From Pirellulales bacterium (GTDB taxonomy: Bacteria; Planctomycetota; Planctomycetia; Pirellulales; JAICIG01): a stretch of 64,000 nt of DNA. The stretch's first letter is position 1. Each line of letters begins with the position of its first letter. The stretch lies in assembly GCA_040901675.1 (NCBI GenBank), contig JBBDYJ010000032.1, forward strand, positions 32,656-96,655, given 5' to 3'. Shown in pieces: positions 9,494-19,327 of this stretch. Below the pieces are notes generated by a model, which ran no database searches, was not told the origin of the DNA, and saw only the letters and a program-made list of their open reading frames with translations. The translations under genes and the position numbers were made by a program.

Positions 9494-9515
9494 TGGTCAG
9501 TGGCTAGTGGTCAGA
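9481..9515 (+). repeat. Heptamer tandem array (GGTCAGT/GGCTAGT)
   Basis: 5 units; contains the TAG stop of the AKR gene. Confidence 0.8.
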
Positions 9516-9591
9516 GGCCTTCCGGTAATTCTCATCACCGACGAACCACTCGCGGAGCGAGTGGACCAGATTGAAGTGGACCAGATCGAAA

Positions 9592-10125
9592 ATGCCTGCT
9601 CGCGTCGTGCTGGCTGAGGGAAAGCACCTGCGCCTCGTCCGCGAGGGGCATTGGGAATACGCCGAGCGGACGCGGGCCAGCGGGGCGGTAGTGCTGGTCG
9701 CCGTGACTGCCGATGGCTGTTTGCTGCTGACCGAACAGTACCGTGTGCCCTTGGCCTGCAAGGTGATCGAGCTTCCCGCCGGCTTGACGGGCGACGACGA
9801 TGGACACGAGCAGGAGCCGGCGGAGCGGTCGGCTCGCCGAGAGCTGCTGGAAGAGACGGGCTACGAGGCGCACGAGATGAAGCTGTTGACGGTCGGGCCT
9901 CCGACGGCCGGGCTGGCCAACGAAGTGGTCAGCTTTTTTCTGGCCACCGGGCTTTCCAAGACCGGCGCCGGCGGCGGCATCGAGTCGGAGGAGATCGTAG
10001 TCCACGAGGTGCCGCTTGCCGAAGTGCCGGCCTGGCTCGAGCAGCAGGCCGGTGGCGGGATGCTGATCGATCCGAAGGTTTATGCGGGGCTTTACTTCGC
10101 CGAACGCTCTGGACTTGGGTCTTAG
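9592..10125 (+). CDS. Nudix hydrolase (ADP-ribose pyrophosphatase-like)
   Basis: EQYR, IELPAG, ARRELLEETGY Nudix box, and D.K.Y tail. Confidence 0.9.
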   Translation: MPARVVLAEGKHLRLVREGHWEYAERTRASGAVVLVAVTADGCLLLTEQYRVPLACKVIELPAGLTGDDDGHEQEPAERSARRELLEETGYEAHEMKLLTVGPPTAGLANEVVSFFLATGLSKTGAGGGIESEEIVVHEVPLAEVPAWLEQQAGGGMLIDPKVYAGLYFAERSGLGS

Positions 10126-10154
10126 GTCTTGGTTCTTTGTGCTTTGTGCTTTGG
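10111..10154 (+). repeat. Degenerate heptamer array (GGTCTTG/GTGCTTT)
   Basis: About 6 units overlapping the Nudix stop codon. Confidence 0.7.
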
Positions 10155-10163
10155 ATCTATCGC

Positions 10164-10197
10164 GGGTGCCTGGTGGCAAAGCGGTAGCGTGCCCCAG
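10164..10197 (+). repeat. Dispersed palindromic repeat GGGTG(G/C)CTGG(T)GGCAAAGCG..TAGCGTGCCCCAG, copy 1
   Basis: Near-identical copies at 17587-17620 (-) and 27455-27511 (+). Confidence 0.8.
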
Positions 10198-10310
10198 AGA
10201 CTGGCCCAACAGTTGAGGGCGGGGCTCTTGAAGGGGGCGGGCCGGATCGGTCACAATGGTGGACTGATGGGCATGACGCCGAGTGACACGCGGCCGATCG
10301 GGAGACAGGC

Positions 10311-12629
10311 ATGGCACCGCAATCGCCTAGGCATAAGCGCAAGATGCAAATGGCGATGCGCGGCTTCGCACGCATCGTGCTGGCGGCGATGCTGTGCGGG
10401 CCGGCACTGCTGCGGGCCGGGGAACCGGGCTTCGGGCGAGACGACTGGCCGTTTCAGCCGCCGCTGCGGCCCGCGGTGCCCACGGTAAGCGACCCGTCCT
10501 GGGCCGTCAATCCGATCGACACCTTTATCCAGGCGGAGCTGGAGGCCGAGGGGCTGACGCCAAGCCCGCCGGCCGACAAGCTGACGCTGCTGCGCCGCGT
10601 GACGCTGGATTTGACCGGCTTGCCGCCCGGCATCGACGAGCAGGACGCGTTTGTTGCGGACACGCGGCCCGACGCCTACGAGCGCGTGGTCGACCGGCTG
10701 CTCGACTCGCCCGCTTATGGGGAGCGTTGGGCCCGGCACTGGCTGGACCTGGTGCGGTACGCGGAGACCGACGGATTCAAGTCCGACGACCATCGCCCGA
10801 ACGCCTACAAGTATCGCGACTGGGTGATCCAGGCATTCAACGCCGACCTGCCCTATGACCGCTTCATTGCCTTGCAGTTGGCCGGCGACGAGCTGGAACC
10901 GGAAAACCCGCGGGCCTGGATCGCGACCGGGTTGAACCGGCTCTATCCGGATGAATACAACGCGGCCAACCTCGAGCAGCGGCGGCAGGAGATTCTGGAC
11001 GACATTACCGCCACGACCGGGTCGGTTTTCCTGGGCCTGACGATGGGCTGCGCGCAGTGCCACGATCACAAGTTCGACGAGATCTCGCAGGCCGACTACT
11101 TCAGCTTCCAGGCCTTCTTCGCTCCGCTGGTGGCCCGCGACGACGTCGACGCCGCCACTGCGGCCGAGCGGGACGACTACCGCCGCCGCCTGGACGAGTG
11201 GCAGCAGAGCACGCAGGGCATCCGCGACGAAATCGAAGCGCTGTTGGGCGAGAAGTACCACGAGGCGCGGCAATATGCCCTGACCAAGTTCCGCGAGGAG
11301 ATTCAGCAGGCCGTCCGGCTCAGCGAGGCCGAGCGCACGCCATACCAGCAGCAGATTGCCATCATGGCGCTCAAGCAGGCCGAGGCCAAGCAAGCGGAGG
11401 TCGTCGGCAAGCTGACGGAGGATGAAAAGCGCCGCTACGAGCAGCTTCAAGAGGAACTGCGGCAATTCGATGCCATCAAGCCGGCCCCGCTGGAGAAGGC
11501 CATGGCGGCCACGGATTTGGGCACTGCCGCTCCGCCGACATTCCGTTTGGACGGGGGCAACTGGCGGAGGCCGGCCGAGGAGGTCGAGCCTGGTTATCCC
11601 GCCTTCCTGAGCGGCTCGTCGGCCGAGGCGTGGCCCGCCGGCGTGGTGCCGCCCGAAAACGGGCAGCAGACCACGGGCCGCCGCTCGGCCTTGGCCCGCT
11701 GGTTGACGCGGCCCGACCACCCGCTCACGTCGCGCGTGATGGTGAACCGCCTGTGGCAGCACCACTTTGGCGTGGGCATTGTGCCGACTCCCAACGACTT
11801 CGGGGCCCAGGGCGATCCGCCCAGCCATCCGCGGCTGTTGGATTGGCTGGCGGCCGAGCTCGTCGAGCACGGCTGGAGCCTCAAGCGGATGCACCGGCTG
11901 ATGGTCACGTCGGCCACGTACCGGCAGGCCTCGCGGCTCGATCCGGCCAACGAGGCCCAGATCCAGGCCGGCCAGCGCGACGTTGGGAACAAGTTGCTGT
12001 GGCGTGCCCGCCGGCAGCGGCTGGAGGGCGAGGCGCTGCACGATGCGATGCTGGCGGTGAGCGGGCGGTATAACCGGCGGATGTTCGGCCCGAGCGCCAG
12101 GCCGCCATTGCCGGAGGGGATCAGCCCGAACTATGCCTGGAAGAGCGACGACGAGGCGAATACGAACCGCCGCGGCATCTACGTGCTGGCCAAGCGCAAC
12201 CTGCGGTATCCGCTGCTGGACGCCTTCGACTTGCCCGACATGCACCATAGCTGCGCCCGGAGGGCGCAAACCACAACCGCCCTGCAGGCCCTGGTGCTGG
12301 TCAACGGCGAGCTCGCGCTGGATTGCGCGAGGCACTGGGCCGGCGGGTTGCTGTCGGGCGGCAGTGTGTCGGGCGGCAGTGACGACGCCTGGCTGATCAC
12401 GCAGGCCTACCGGCAGGCTTTCGGACGGTCGCCGGCTTCGGACGAATCGAGCGCCGCCTCCGCGTTTCTGGCCGAGCAAGCCGAGCTGATCCGTTCGCGC
12501 GGCGTGCCGCCCGCGGCGGTAGCGCTGCCGCTGCCCTGCCCTGCGGGGCTCGACCAGGCGCGGGCCGCGGCGGTGGTCGACTTCTGCCACGCTTTGCTGA
12601 ATGCCAACGAGTTTGTATACGTTGATTGA
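10311..12629 (+). CDS. DUF1549/DUF1553 (PSCyt2/PSD1) domain protein
   Basis: NPIDTFI, LLRRVTLDLTGLPP, YGERWARHWLDLVRYAE, GCAQCHDHKFD, SHPRLLDWLA, LEGEALHDAML, NEFVYVD. Start could be 10344 or 10356. Confidence 0.93.
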   Translation: MAPQSPRHKRKMQMAMRGFARIVLAAMLCGPALLRAGEPGFGRDDWPFQPPLRPAVPTVSDPSWAVNPIDTFIQAELEAEGLTPSPPADKLTLLRRVTLDLTGLPPGIDEQDAFVADTRPDAYERVVDRLLDSPAYGERWARHWLDLVRYAETDGFKSDDHRPNAYKYRDWVIQAFNADLPYDRFIALQLAGDELEPENPRAWIATGLNRLYPDEYNAANLEQRRQEILDDITATTGSVFLGLTMGCAQCHDHKFDEISQADYFSFQAFFAPLVARDDVDAATAAERDDYRRRLDEWQQSTQGIRDEIEALLGEKYHEARQYALTKFREEIQQAVRLSEAERTPYQQQIAIMALKQAEAKQAEVVGKLTEDEKRRYEQLQEELRQFDAIKPAPLEKAMAATDLGTAAPPTFRLDGGNWRRPAEEVEPGYPAFLSGSSAEAWPAGVVPPENGQQTTGRRSALARWLTRPDHPLTSRVMVNRLWQHHFGVGIVPTPNDFGAQGDPPSHPRLLDWLAAELVEHGWSLKRMHRLMVTSATYRQASRLDPANEAQIQAGQRDVGNKLLWRARRQRLEGEALHDAMLAVSGRYNRRMFGPSARPPLPEGISPNYAWKSDDEANTNRRGIYVLAKRNLRYPLLDAFDLPDMHHSCARRAQTTTALQALVLVNGELALDCARHWAGGLLSGGSVSGGSDDAWLITQAYRQAFGRSPASDESSAASAFLAEQAELIRSRGVPPAAVALPLPCPAGLDQARAAAVVDFCHALLNANEFVYVD

Positions 12630-12659
12630 GACTAACCGTACTTACGGGAGAAAAAAGCA

Positions 12660-14090
12660 GTGAGCTCACACGGCAACCAGTGCCCCAGCCGGCGCGAGTT
12701 TCTGCTGCGATCGGGGGGCGGACTGGGCGCGCTGGCGTTGGCCGCTTTGACGGGCGATCGCGGGCCGCGTGCCGAGGCCGCGGCAACATCGAGCCCCTAC
12801 GCCGCCAAGGCGCCGCATTTTGCTCCCCGCGCGACGAGCGTGATCTGGTGCTTTCTGGATGGCGGCCCCAGCCACATCGATCTGTTCGACCCCAAGCCGG
12901 AGCTGGACCGCCTGGCCGGCCAGCCGCTGCCCGACAGCTTCGGGCGCCCGGTGACGGCCATGGGTCGCACCGCCTTCACGCCTTTGCTGGCCACGAAGCG
13001 CAAGTTCAAGCAGCACGGCGCGGCGGGCACCTGGGTGAGCGACTGGTATCCCGAGATCGCCGGTTGCGTGGATGAAATTGCCGTGGTGCGAAGCTGCTAC
13101 GCCGACGGGCTGAATCACGTGGGCAGCGTCTGCCAGATGAACACGGGCAGTGTGCTGGGCGGCAGGCCGTGCCTGGGGTCGTGGACCATCTATGGCTTGG
13201 GCAGCCAGGGCGAAGAGCTTCCCGGCTACGTGGTGCTGGCCGACTATTCGGAGGATCCTCCGGGGGGCAGCCGCAACTGGTCGACGGGGTTCATGCCGGC
13301 CAGCTACCAGGGGACGCGGTTCCGCCCCGGCAGCTCGCCGATCCTTTACCTGGCGCCGCCGGCCCAGATTGCCGGCCGGCAGCAGCGCAACAAGCTGGAG
13401 TTCATCGAGCAATTGAACCGCCGGCATCAGCTTCTCCGGCGCGAGGACGACGAGCTGGAGGCCCGCATCGCGGCCTACGAGCTGGCCTACCGGATGCAGT
13501 CGGCAGCGCCGGAGGCGGTCGATTTCAGCGGCGAAACGGCCGATACGCGCGAGCTGTACGGGCTGGACCGCAAGGAAACCGAGCGGGCGGCGCGCAACTG
13601 CCTGTTGGCGCGGCGGCTGGTCGAGCGGGGCGTGCGGTTCGTGCAGGTTTATTTCGGCAGCGGCAGCAAGTGGGACGCGCACGCCAACGTCGAGGGGAAC
13701 CATGGCCGCTATTGCCTGGAGAGCGACCGGCCGATCGCCGGCTTGATCAAGGACCTCAAGCGCCGCGGCCTGTTGGATACCACGCTGGTGGTGTGGGGCG
13801 GCGAGTTCGGCCGCACGCCGATGAGCGAAAGCGGCGACGGCCGCGATCACAATCCCTACGGCTTCACGGTCTGGATGGCCGGCGGCGGCATTCGTGGCGG
13901 CCTGACGTACGGCAGCACCGACGAGATCGGTCTGTACGCGGTGGAGAACAAGGTGCACGTCCACGACCTGCACGCCACGATCTTGCACTTGTTGGGGCTC
14001 GACCACCTCGGGCTGACGTATTTTCACGACGGCCGCGACGAGCGCGCCACGATCAACGGCGGCAGCGTGGTCCACGGCCTGTTGGCGTAG
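12660..14090 (+). CDS. DUF1501 domain protein (Tat signal)
   Basis: SRREFL, GGPSHIDLFDPKP, LLARRLVERGVRFV, WDAH, GEFGRTP, GRDH, HDLHATIL. Confidence 0.93.
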   Translation: MSSHGNQCPSRREFLLRSGGGLGALALAALTGDRGPRAEAAATSSPYAAKAPHFAPRATSVIWCFLDGGPSHIDLFDPKPELDRLAGQPLPDSFGRPVTAMGRTAFTPLLATKRKFKQHGAAGTWVSDWYPEIAGCVDEIAVVRSCYADGLNHVGSVCQMNTGSVLGGRPCLGSWTIYGLGSQGEELPGYVVLADYSEDPPGGSRNWSTGFMPASYQGTRFRPGSSPILYLAPPAQIAGRQQRNKLEFIEQLNRRHQLLRREDDELEARIAAYELAYRMQSAAPEAVDFSGETADTRELYGLDRKETERAARNCLLARRLVERGVRFVQVYFGSGSKWDAHANVEGNHGRYCLESDRPIAGLIKDLKRRGLLDTTLVVWGGEFGRTPMSESGDGRDHNPYGFTVWMAGGGIRGGLTYGSTDEIGLYAVENKVHVHDLHATILHLLGLDHLGLTYFHDGRDERATINGGSVVHGLLA

Positions 14091-14096
14091 TCTTAG

Positions 14097-14181
14097 ATAG
14101 CAGGACTCGCCAGAGGTAGCAGGACTCGCCAGAGTTCTGGTGGCTATGGAGCGCGGCCCGAATTCTGGCGAATCCGGCTAC
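14097..14181. repeat. GTAG-type REP doublet with a partly duplicated left arm
   Basis: (a)TAGCAGGACTCGCCAGAG occurs twice, followed by GAATTCTGGCGAATCCGGCTAC. The terminal CTA supplies the GNAT stop codon. Confidence 0.8.
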
Positions 14182-14702
14182 GACGATCCGTGATCCTTCT
14201 GGATCGCGCCGGACCAATCGAGCTCCAGCAAGAAGTGTCCGGTGGGCGCGAGGCCCATGCTCTTGTAGGTGTCGATGGCCCGCTGGTTGTGCTCGTCGAC
14301 GTAGAGCCGCAGGCCGCACACCTCCGGCGACGAGCGGGCCAGCGCCTCGATGTGCGCGAAGAGCGCGCGGAACACGCCTTGGCGCCGATGTTCGGGAGCG
14401 ACATAAACGCTCTGGATCCACCAGCAGACGCCGGCCCGCCAATCGCTCCATTCGTAGGTGAGCATCGTCTGGCCGATCGGCCGGCCGCCGACTTCCGCGA
14501 TGAAGTAGCGGCATAGCTCCGGCTTGGCCAGAGCCAGCCGCACGCCCCTGGCCAGCACGCCGGGGTCGAGCCGCTTGCCCTCCGACTCCAGCGCCAGCCG
14601 CGCGTTGAAATCGACAATCGTCGGCGCATCAGCAGGCGCGGCGTCGCGGATGTGAAGTTCGGCGGCTGACGGGTTCAAGCTGTCCTCATCCAAGGTGCGC
14701 AT
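14178..14702 (-). CDS. GNAT family N-acetyltransferase
   Basis: IRDA, TYEWSDWR, WIQSVYVAPEHRRQGVFRALF, LRLYVDEHNQRAIDTY..G. Confidence 0.92.
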   Translation of the reverse strand: MRTLDEDSLNPSAAELHIRDAAPADAPTIVDFNARLALESEGKRLDPGVLARGVRLALAKPELCRYFIAEVGGRPIGQTMLTYEWSDWRAGVCWWIQSVYVAPEHRRQGVFRALFAHIEALARSSPEVCGLRLYVDEHNQRAIDTYKSMGLAPTGHFLLELDWSGAIQKDHGSS

Positions 14703-15255
14703 TGCCCGGGCCCGGCCCGGCGCTGAGCGAATCGGACCGCCGGAGCCAAAGCCAACGGGCCATTGTGGCGGCCACGAGTCCGAAAAGAAACGCGAAAAGC
14801 GAATGTCCCACCGCCACTGCATCGTGACGGGACGGTCCAACCAACACGACCGGAATGATGGCTGCGCCTGGCGGCCGATCATAGCGTATGACCGGCCCGG
14901 GCAAATCACCGGAAAAGCCCGGTGGGAGAGAGACTTCCTTCTGCAATTGCTCGCTCAGGTATCCGAGTAGATGCGAGGTGGGCAAACCCGGGTACGATTC
15001 GGACACCGGTGCAAAAGCGGCCAGCAGATACAGTGCTCCCGCCACCGCCAGGCCGGCCGCGAACACTCTGCGGTCGGCGCGGGCGAACATGGCGGTCAGC
15101 GCTGCGGCGCAAACGACGCAAAGCTCAATCCCGAACAACATGCTCGCCCAGAGGGGAGATGCAAAGCGGAATGCCGCGACGGCGACGGCGACGAATAGCA
15201 CGGCGCTAAGCAGGCCCTTGAGCGAGAACCGTAGGACTCTGATGTAAGGCTTCAT
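14686..15255 (-). CDS. Membrane protein, paralogue 3 (RFSLK.L N-terminus, 4 TM)
   Basis: Shares RFSLK, FA.P.WAS.LF, FA/GRA.RRVF.AGL, T.HLL.YL and VGHSLFAFL..RW.W with the two upstream genes. Confidence 0.8.
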   Translation of the reverse strand: MKPYIRVLRFSLKGLLSAVLFVAVAVAAFRFASPLWASMLFGIELCVVCAAALTAMFARADRRVFAAGLAVAGALYLLAAFAPVSESYPGLPTSHLLGYLSEQLQKEVSLPPGFSGDLPGPVIRYDRPPGAAIIPVVLVGPSRHDAVAVGHSLFAFLFGLVAATMARWLWLRRSDSLSAGPGPGNAHLG

Positions 15256-15273
15256 GAATGAGCCAGTCTCGTA

Positions 15274-15900
15274 TTAGCCGTGCGGCTCGACACGACGTCC
15301 GTCGGCCAGTTCAGTGACCGCATTGACCTGCTGGCAACTGAGCCAGATCCAGCGGGTCGTAGCAGCGCCGGCAATCGCTATGAGAAACGCGAACAACGAA
15401 TGGCCGACCCGCATAATATCGCCGTGTGAGCGCCTCGTGGTCACCCGGACGCCCATCGCCGGGTTTGTCGTCATCACGACTTGCCCGTTGCTGATCACGA
15501 CGTCACCACCCGCATTGCGAAGCATTCTCGCCACTTCGCTGTAGGATGTCGAAGCCGACACGGGAACAAACGTCGACTTTTTTGACGCGGAATGAACATA
15601 GCTGAGAAGCCGAGTCGTCACCAGGTGCCCGGAGACGTGCGACTCGAACCAGGGGCCATACACGGCCGTCAGGTAACCCAGCCCGCTCAGGACAAGCCCC
15701 GCGCAAAACACGCGCCGCTCGGCACGGCCAAAGACCGCGCCCAGGAAGCCGGCAAATAGCACGACCAGCAGCAGCGTGAAGAGCGAACTGGCCCAGATCG
15801 GGTTGGCAAATTTCAGCGCAGTGATCGCGATGGCCACCCCAAGTACCGCAATGAACAGCGTTTTGAGTGAGAACCGCGGCAGCGGGATCGGACTTTTCAT
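15274..15900 (-). CDS. Membrane protein, paralogue 2
   Basis: First ~93 codons nearly identical to 15922..16623; different loop; conserved last TM helix. Confidence 0.85.
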   Translation of the reverse strand: MKSPIPLPRFSLKTLFIAVLGVAIAITALKFANPIWASSLFTLLLVVLFAGFLGAVFGRAERRVFCAGLVLSGLGYLTAVYGPWFESHVSGHLVTTRLLSYVHSASKKSTFVPVSASTSYSEVARMLRNAGGDVVISNGQVVMTTNPAMGVRVTTRRSHGDIMRVGHSLFAFLIAIAGAATTRWIWLSCQQVNAVTELADGRRVEPHG

Positions 15901-16627
15901 GGCGGCCTGCTCGACTGACCTTCATGCGTTCGTTGCTGCTGCTCGAAGCGGCTGACTGTCACCGGGCTGGCGCCCCTTGAGCCATATCCAGCGGGCCAGT
16001 GCGCCGCCCATCAGCGCCAGAAGGAATCCGAACAGTGAGTGTCCGACACGCAATACGTCCGCGCGGGAAGGCCCGATCTCCCTGATGAGGGTTCGCGGCG
16101 CCCTCCTCATGCCTCCCCCAGCCATGCCGCCCATGCCGCTACGCTGCATACCGGCCATGCCACCGCCGGCCATGCCAGCACCGCCCATGCGACCCATGCC
16201 GCCCCCCATGCCACCCATGCCAGCGCCGGCCATCCCGCCACCGGCCATCATGCCACCCATACCCGGTGCAGGTGTCGCGGGCACGGTTACCATTACCGTT
16301 TCCCGGAACTGCTCGTGCAGATAGCCGAGCAGGTGCGTGGTGGCCAGGTGCCTGGAGACGTGCGACTCGAACCAGGGCCCATATACGGCCATGAGGTAAC
16401 CCAGCCCGCTCAGCACGAGCCCCGCGCAAAACACGCGCCGCTCGGCACGGCCAAAGACCGCGCCCAGGAAGCCGGCAAATAGCACGACCAGCAGCAGCGT
16501 GAAGAGCGAACTGGCCCAGATCGGGTTGGCAAATTTCAGCGCAGTGATCGCGATGGCCACCCCAAGCACCGCAATGAACAGCGTCTTGAGCGAGAACCGC
16601 GGCAGCGGGATGGGACTTTTCATGGCG
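15621..16627. repeat. About 284-bp direct repeat (15621-15904 and 16344-16627)
   Basis: Manual alignment gave about 11 mismatches, mostly synonymous. Covers the 5' parts of paralogues 1 and 2. Confidence 0.92.
15922..16623 (-). CDS. Membrane protein, paralogue 1, with a Gly/Met-rich loop
   Basis: Same framework as paralogue 2, with a GMGGMMAGGGM.. low-complexity loop. Confidence 0.85.
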   Translation of the reverse strand: MKSPIPLPRFSLKTLFIAVLGVAIAITALKFANPIWASSLFTLLLVVLFAGFLGAVFGRAERRVFCAGLVLSGLGYLMAVYGPWFESHVSRHLATTHLLGYLHEQFRETVMVTVPATPAPGMGGMMAGGGMAGAGMGGMGGGMGRMGGAGMAGGGMAGMQRSGMGGMAGGGMRRAPRTLIREIGPSRADVLRVGHSLFGFLLALMGGALARWIWLKGRQPGDSQPLRAAATNA

Positions 16628-16629
16628 CC

Positions 16630-17397
16630 TTACTCTTTCTGTTCTTGCTTCTCCTCGGCCTTGCGCCGGCGGTAGTCGGCCAGCACGCCGGCCGGGTCGT
16701 CGTTGAACAAGTCGCGGCAGCCGGTGCAGCAGACAAAATAGCCGCGGCCTTCGAACGAGACTTCGATGGTGCCCAGCCCGCCGGTCACCACGCACTCAGG
16801 TTGACCGGATCCCTTGGCAAACGAGCTGCCCTGCCGCGTGTAACCGACTTCGGCCAGCCGGCTGTACCGCTCGCCGCCGGCCGCCTTTTCATACAGAATC
16901 ACCAGCCGGTCGCCACTAGCCACCAGCCGGATCGAGATCCGCGCTACATCCGGCGGCGGCTCTGCCGAATCGTCCACGGCCAGCAAAATGAATGTTCCCT
17001 CGTCGTTCACCTGGCCTTGGAACTGATCGACGTTGGCCTGCTGCTCGTCTTCCGAGGGGCGCGTGGCGGCGAGCCGAAAACTGCCACGCTCTTTGCCCGG
17101 TGTAATCCGCCCGGCGGCGTAGTACTTGCCCCGGGGCGAATCGAACTCGATGGCCGCCCGATCGTCGTTGAACCGCCAGGCCCACTCGGCCTGCTCGGTC
17201 CAGGCACCCTGGTTCGACCCGCGGCGGATCTGCCCGACTCCCTTCCAGTCGCCGACATACGCTTGCAGCGGTGCCAACGCGGCCTTGTCGTCGGCGAACT
17301 GCTCGCGGCCGTTCTCGTCGGGGGCACCGGCCGCGAGCGACACAATTGCCAGTGCCGAGGCAGCAAGGCGAGTCCGCGAGCATGTGGTTCCGAGCAC
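16630..17397 (-). CDS. Exported beta-rich protein with C-terminal YHS/TRASH-like metal-binding domain
   Basis: C-terminal CVVTGG..V.FEGRGYFVCCTGCRDLFNDDP..L; signal-like N-terminus. Start uncertain (GTG at 17397); the ORF-track extension runs through repeats. Confidence 0.75.
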   Translation of the reverse strand: MLGTTCSRTRLAASALAIVSLAAGAPDENGREQFADDKAALAPLQAYVGDWKGVGQIRRGSNQGAWTEQAEWAWRFNDDRAAIEFDSPRGKYYAAGRITPGKERGSFRLAATRPSEDEQQANVDQFQGQVNDEGTFILLAVDDSAEPPPDVARISIRLVASGDRLVILYEKAAGGERYSRLAEVGYTRQGSSFAKGSGQPECVVTGGLGTIEVSFEGRGYFVCCTGCRDLFNDDPAGVLADYRRRKAEEKQEQKE

Positions 17398-17499
17398 AGG
17401 CGGCCTCTTTGAATTGAAGGATGCGGCAAACGTTGATTCTACCGCCCGAGGACGAGGGACCGAAGGGGGGAAGGGGGGATCGGGAGAAGGGGGGACACC

Positions 17500-17666
17500 G
17501 ACAAGGCGACAAGGCGACACGGCGACAAGGGACCAAAGACGACCTGGGTCGTCTGACTTCCGAAGGGGGAAATAGACGGACGAAGACTGGGGCACGCTAA
17601 CGCTTTGCCACCAGCCACCCGGACCAAGGGTCCGCCTGTCCCCTGTTCCCCTATCCCCTGTCCCCT
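17500..17666. repeat. Mosaic of short repeats: GACAAGGC octamers, palindromic repeat copy 2 (17587-17620, -), CCCCTGT heptamers
   Basis: Directly visible in the divergent intergenic region. Confidence 0.75.
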
Positions 17667-17783
17667 CGTCTTTCACAACCGTTTTGAGTGGTTGATCTTA
17701 GGGAGGCGGAGTGGTACGATCAAACGAGGTTAAGGCCGGCGTTGGACTTGGACAGCGCGGCAGATTCCTGGGAGGTGTCGCCC

Positions 17784-19160
17784 ATGCTACAGCTCATTGG
17801 CAGAGGTTCCGCTCATACGTGCGACGGCTTGACGCGCCGCGATTTCCTGCAGGCCGGCACGCTGGGGGCGATCGGCCTCTCGCTGGCCGACCTGCTGCGG
17901 GCCGAAGCGCAGGGCAACGTGGTCCCCGATCACGACGACCGCTCGGTGATCATGATCTTCAACCTGGGCGCTCCCAGCCAGTTGGACACCTGGGACCCCA
18001 AGCCCGAAGCGCCCAGCGAAATCCGCGGGCCGTTCAAACCGATCAAGACCAACGCGGACGGCATCGAAATCAGCGAGATCTTTCCCGGCATGGCGCGGCA
18101 CGCGGATAAGTATTCGCTCGTCCGGTCGTGCTATCACACGGCGGCCGCCGTCCACGATACCGGCCACCAGATGCTGCAGACCGGCCGCTTGTTCACCGGC
18201 GGCATCAACACGCCGCACGCCGGCTGCGTGCTGAGCTACCTGCGCGGCCGCAAGACCGACCTGCCGCCCCACGTGGTGCTGCCCGAGCCGATGGGCCGCA
18301 CCGGGGGCAACCTGCCGCACGGGCAGGACGCCGGCTTCTTGGGCAAGGCCTACGACCCGTTCGCGCTGATGGCCGACCCCTCGCAACCCAACTTCCAGGT
18401 TCCCGACCTGCTGCCGCCGGCCCAGATCGGCGAGGCCCGCCTCGACCGCCGCCGCCGGCTGCGCGACATCGTCGACGACACGGTCAAGAACTTCGAGGCC
18501 AGCGACAACGCCCAGTTGCTCGACAGCAACTTCGAGGCGGCCTTCCGGCTGATGACCAGCGTCCAGGCCCGCGAGGCCTTCGACCTGTCGAAGGAGCCGA
18601 CGGAGCTGCGCGAGAAATACGGCATGAACCGCTTCGGCCAGTGCTGCCTGCTGAGCCGGCGGCTGATCGAGGCGGGAGTCCGCTTCGTCACCGTGAACAC
18701 GTTTCTGACGGTGTTCGACGAGATCACCTGGGACATCCACGGCTCGAAGCCGTTTACGTCGATCGAGGGGATGCGCGACATCGTGGCCCCCATGTACGAC
18801 CAGGCATATTCCGCCTTGATGGACGACCTGACCGAGCGCGGCATGCTGGCCAACACGCTGGTCTGCAACCTGCAGGAGTTCGGCCGCACGCCGCGGGTCA
18901 ACCCGGCCGGCGGCCGCGACCACTGGCCGCAGTGCTGGACCTCGTACTTTGCCGGCGGCGGCGTGCAGGGGGGCCGCGTGGTGGGCCGCAGCGACGCCAT
19001 CGGCGGCGTGCCGGCGGAGCGGCCGGTCGAGCCGGCGGAAGTGGTGGCCACGATCTTCCGCAGCCTGGGGCTGCCGCTGGAGACGCACCTGCCCGGACCG
19101 CAATCGCGGCCCTTCCCGTTGGTCGATTTCGGCAAGCACGAGATTAGCGAACTATTTTAG
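17784..19160 (+). CDS. DUF1501 domain protein (Tat-like leader)
   Basis: CDGLTRRDFLQAG, GAPSQLDTWDPKP, RRLIEAGVRFVTV, WDIH, EFGRTP, GRDHWP; RBS GGAGG. Confidence 0.93.
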   Translation: MLQLIGRGSAHTCDGLTRRDFLQAGTLGAIGLSLADLLRAEAQGNVVPDHDDRSVIMIFNLGAPSQLDTWDPKPEAPSEIRGPFKPIKTNADGIEISEIFPGMARHADKYSLVRSCYHTAAAVHDTGHQMLQTGRLFTGGINTPHAGCVLSYLRGRKTDLPPHVVLPEPMGRTGGNLPHGQDAGFLGKAYDPFALMADPSQPNFQVPDLLPPAQIGEARLDRRRRLRDIVDDTVKNFEASDNAQLLDSNFEAAFRLMTSVQAREAFDLSKEPTELREKYGMNRFGQCCLLSRRLIEAGVRFVTVNTFLTVFDEITWDIHGSKPFTSIEGMRDIVAPMYDQAYSALMDDLTERGMLANTLVCNLQEFGRTPRVNPAGGRDHWPQCWTSYFAGGGVQGGRVVGRSDAIGGVPAERPVEPAEVVATIFRSLGLPLETHLPGPQSRPFPLVDFGKHEISELF

Positions 19161-19327
19161 CCGGGTTCCACGGAGCCGGCTTGTGACAACCGCCGCAACA
19201 AACCACGCCACCGGCGCCCTCGCGGCACGCGGGGTCGAGTGGATGGCAGCTTTCCCGCCTGTTTTCTCAACACGCCTTATTACCGTGGCCTGGCCGCACG
19301 CTCACCGGCCTGGCAGGAGTTGATACG

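Noticed and set aside
14686..16627. Diversity-generating retroelement behind the variable paralogues
   Set aside because: No reverse transcriptase is present, and the mismatches are mostly synonymous and not adenine-specific.
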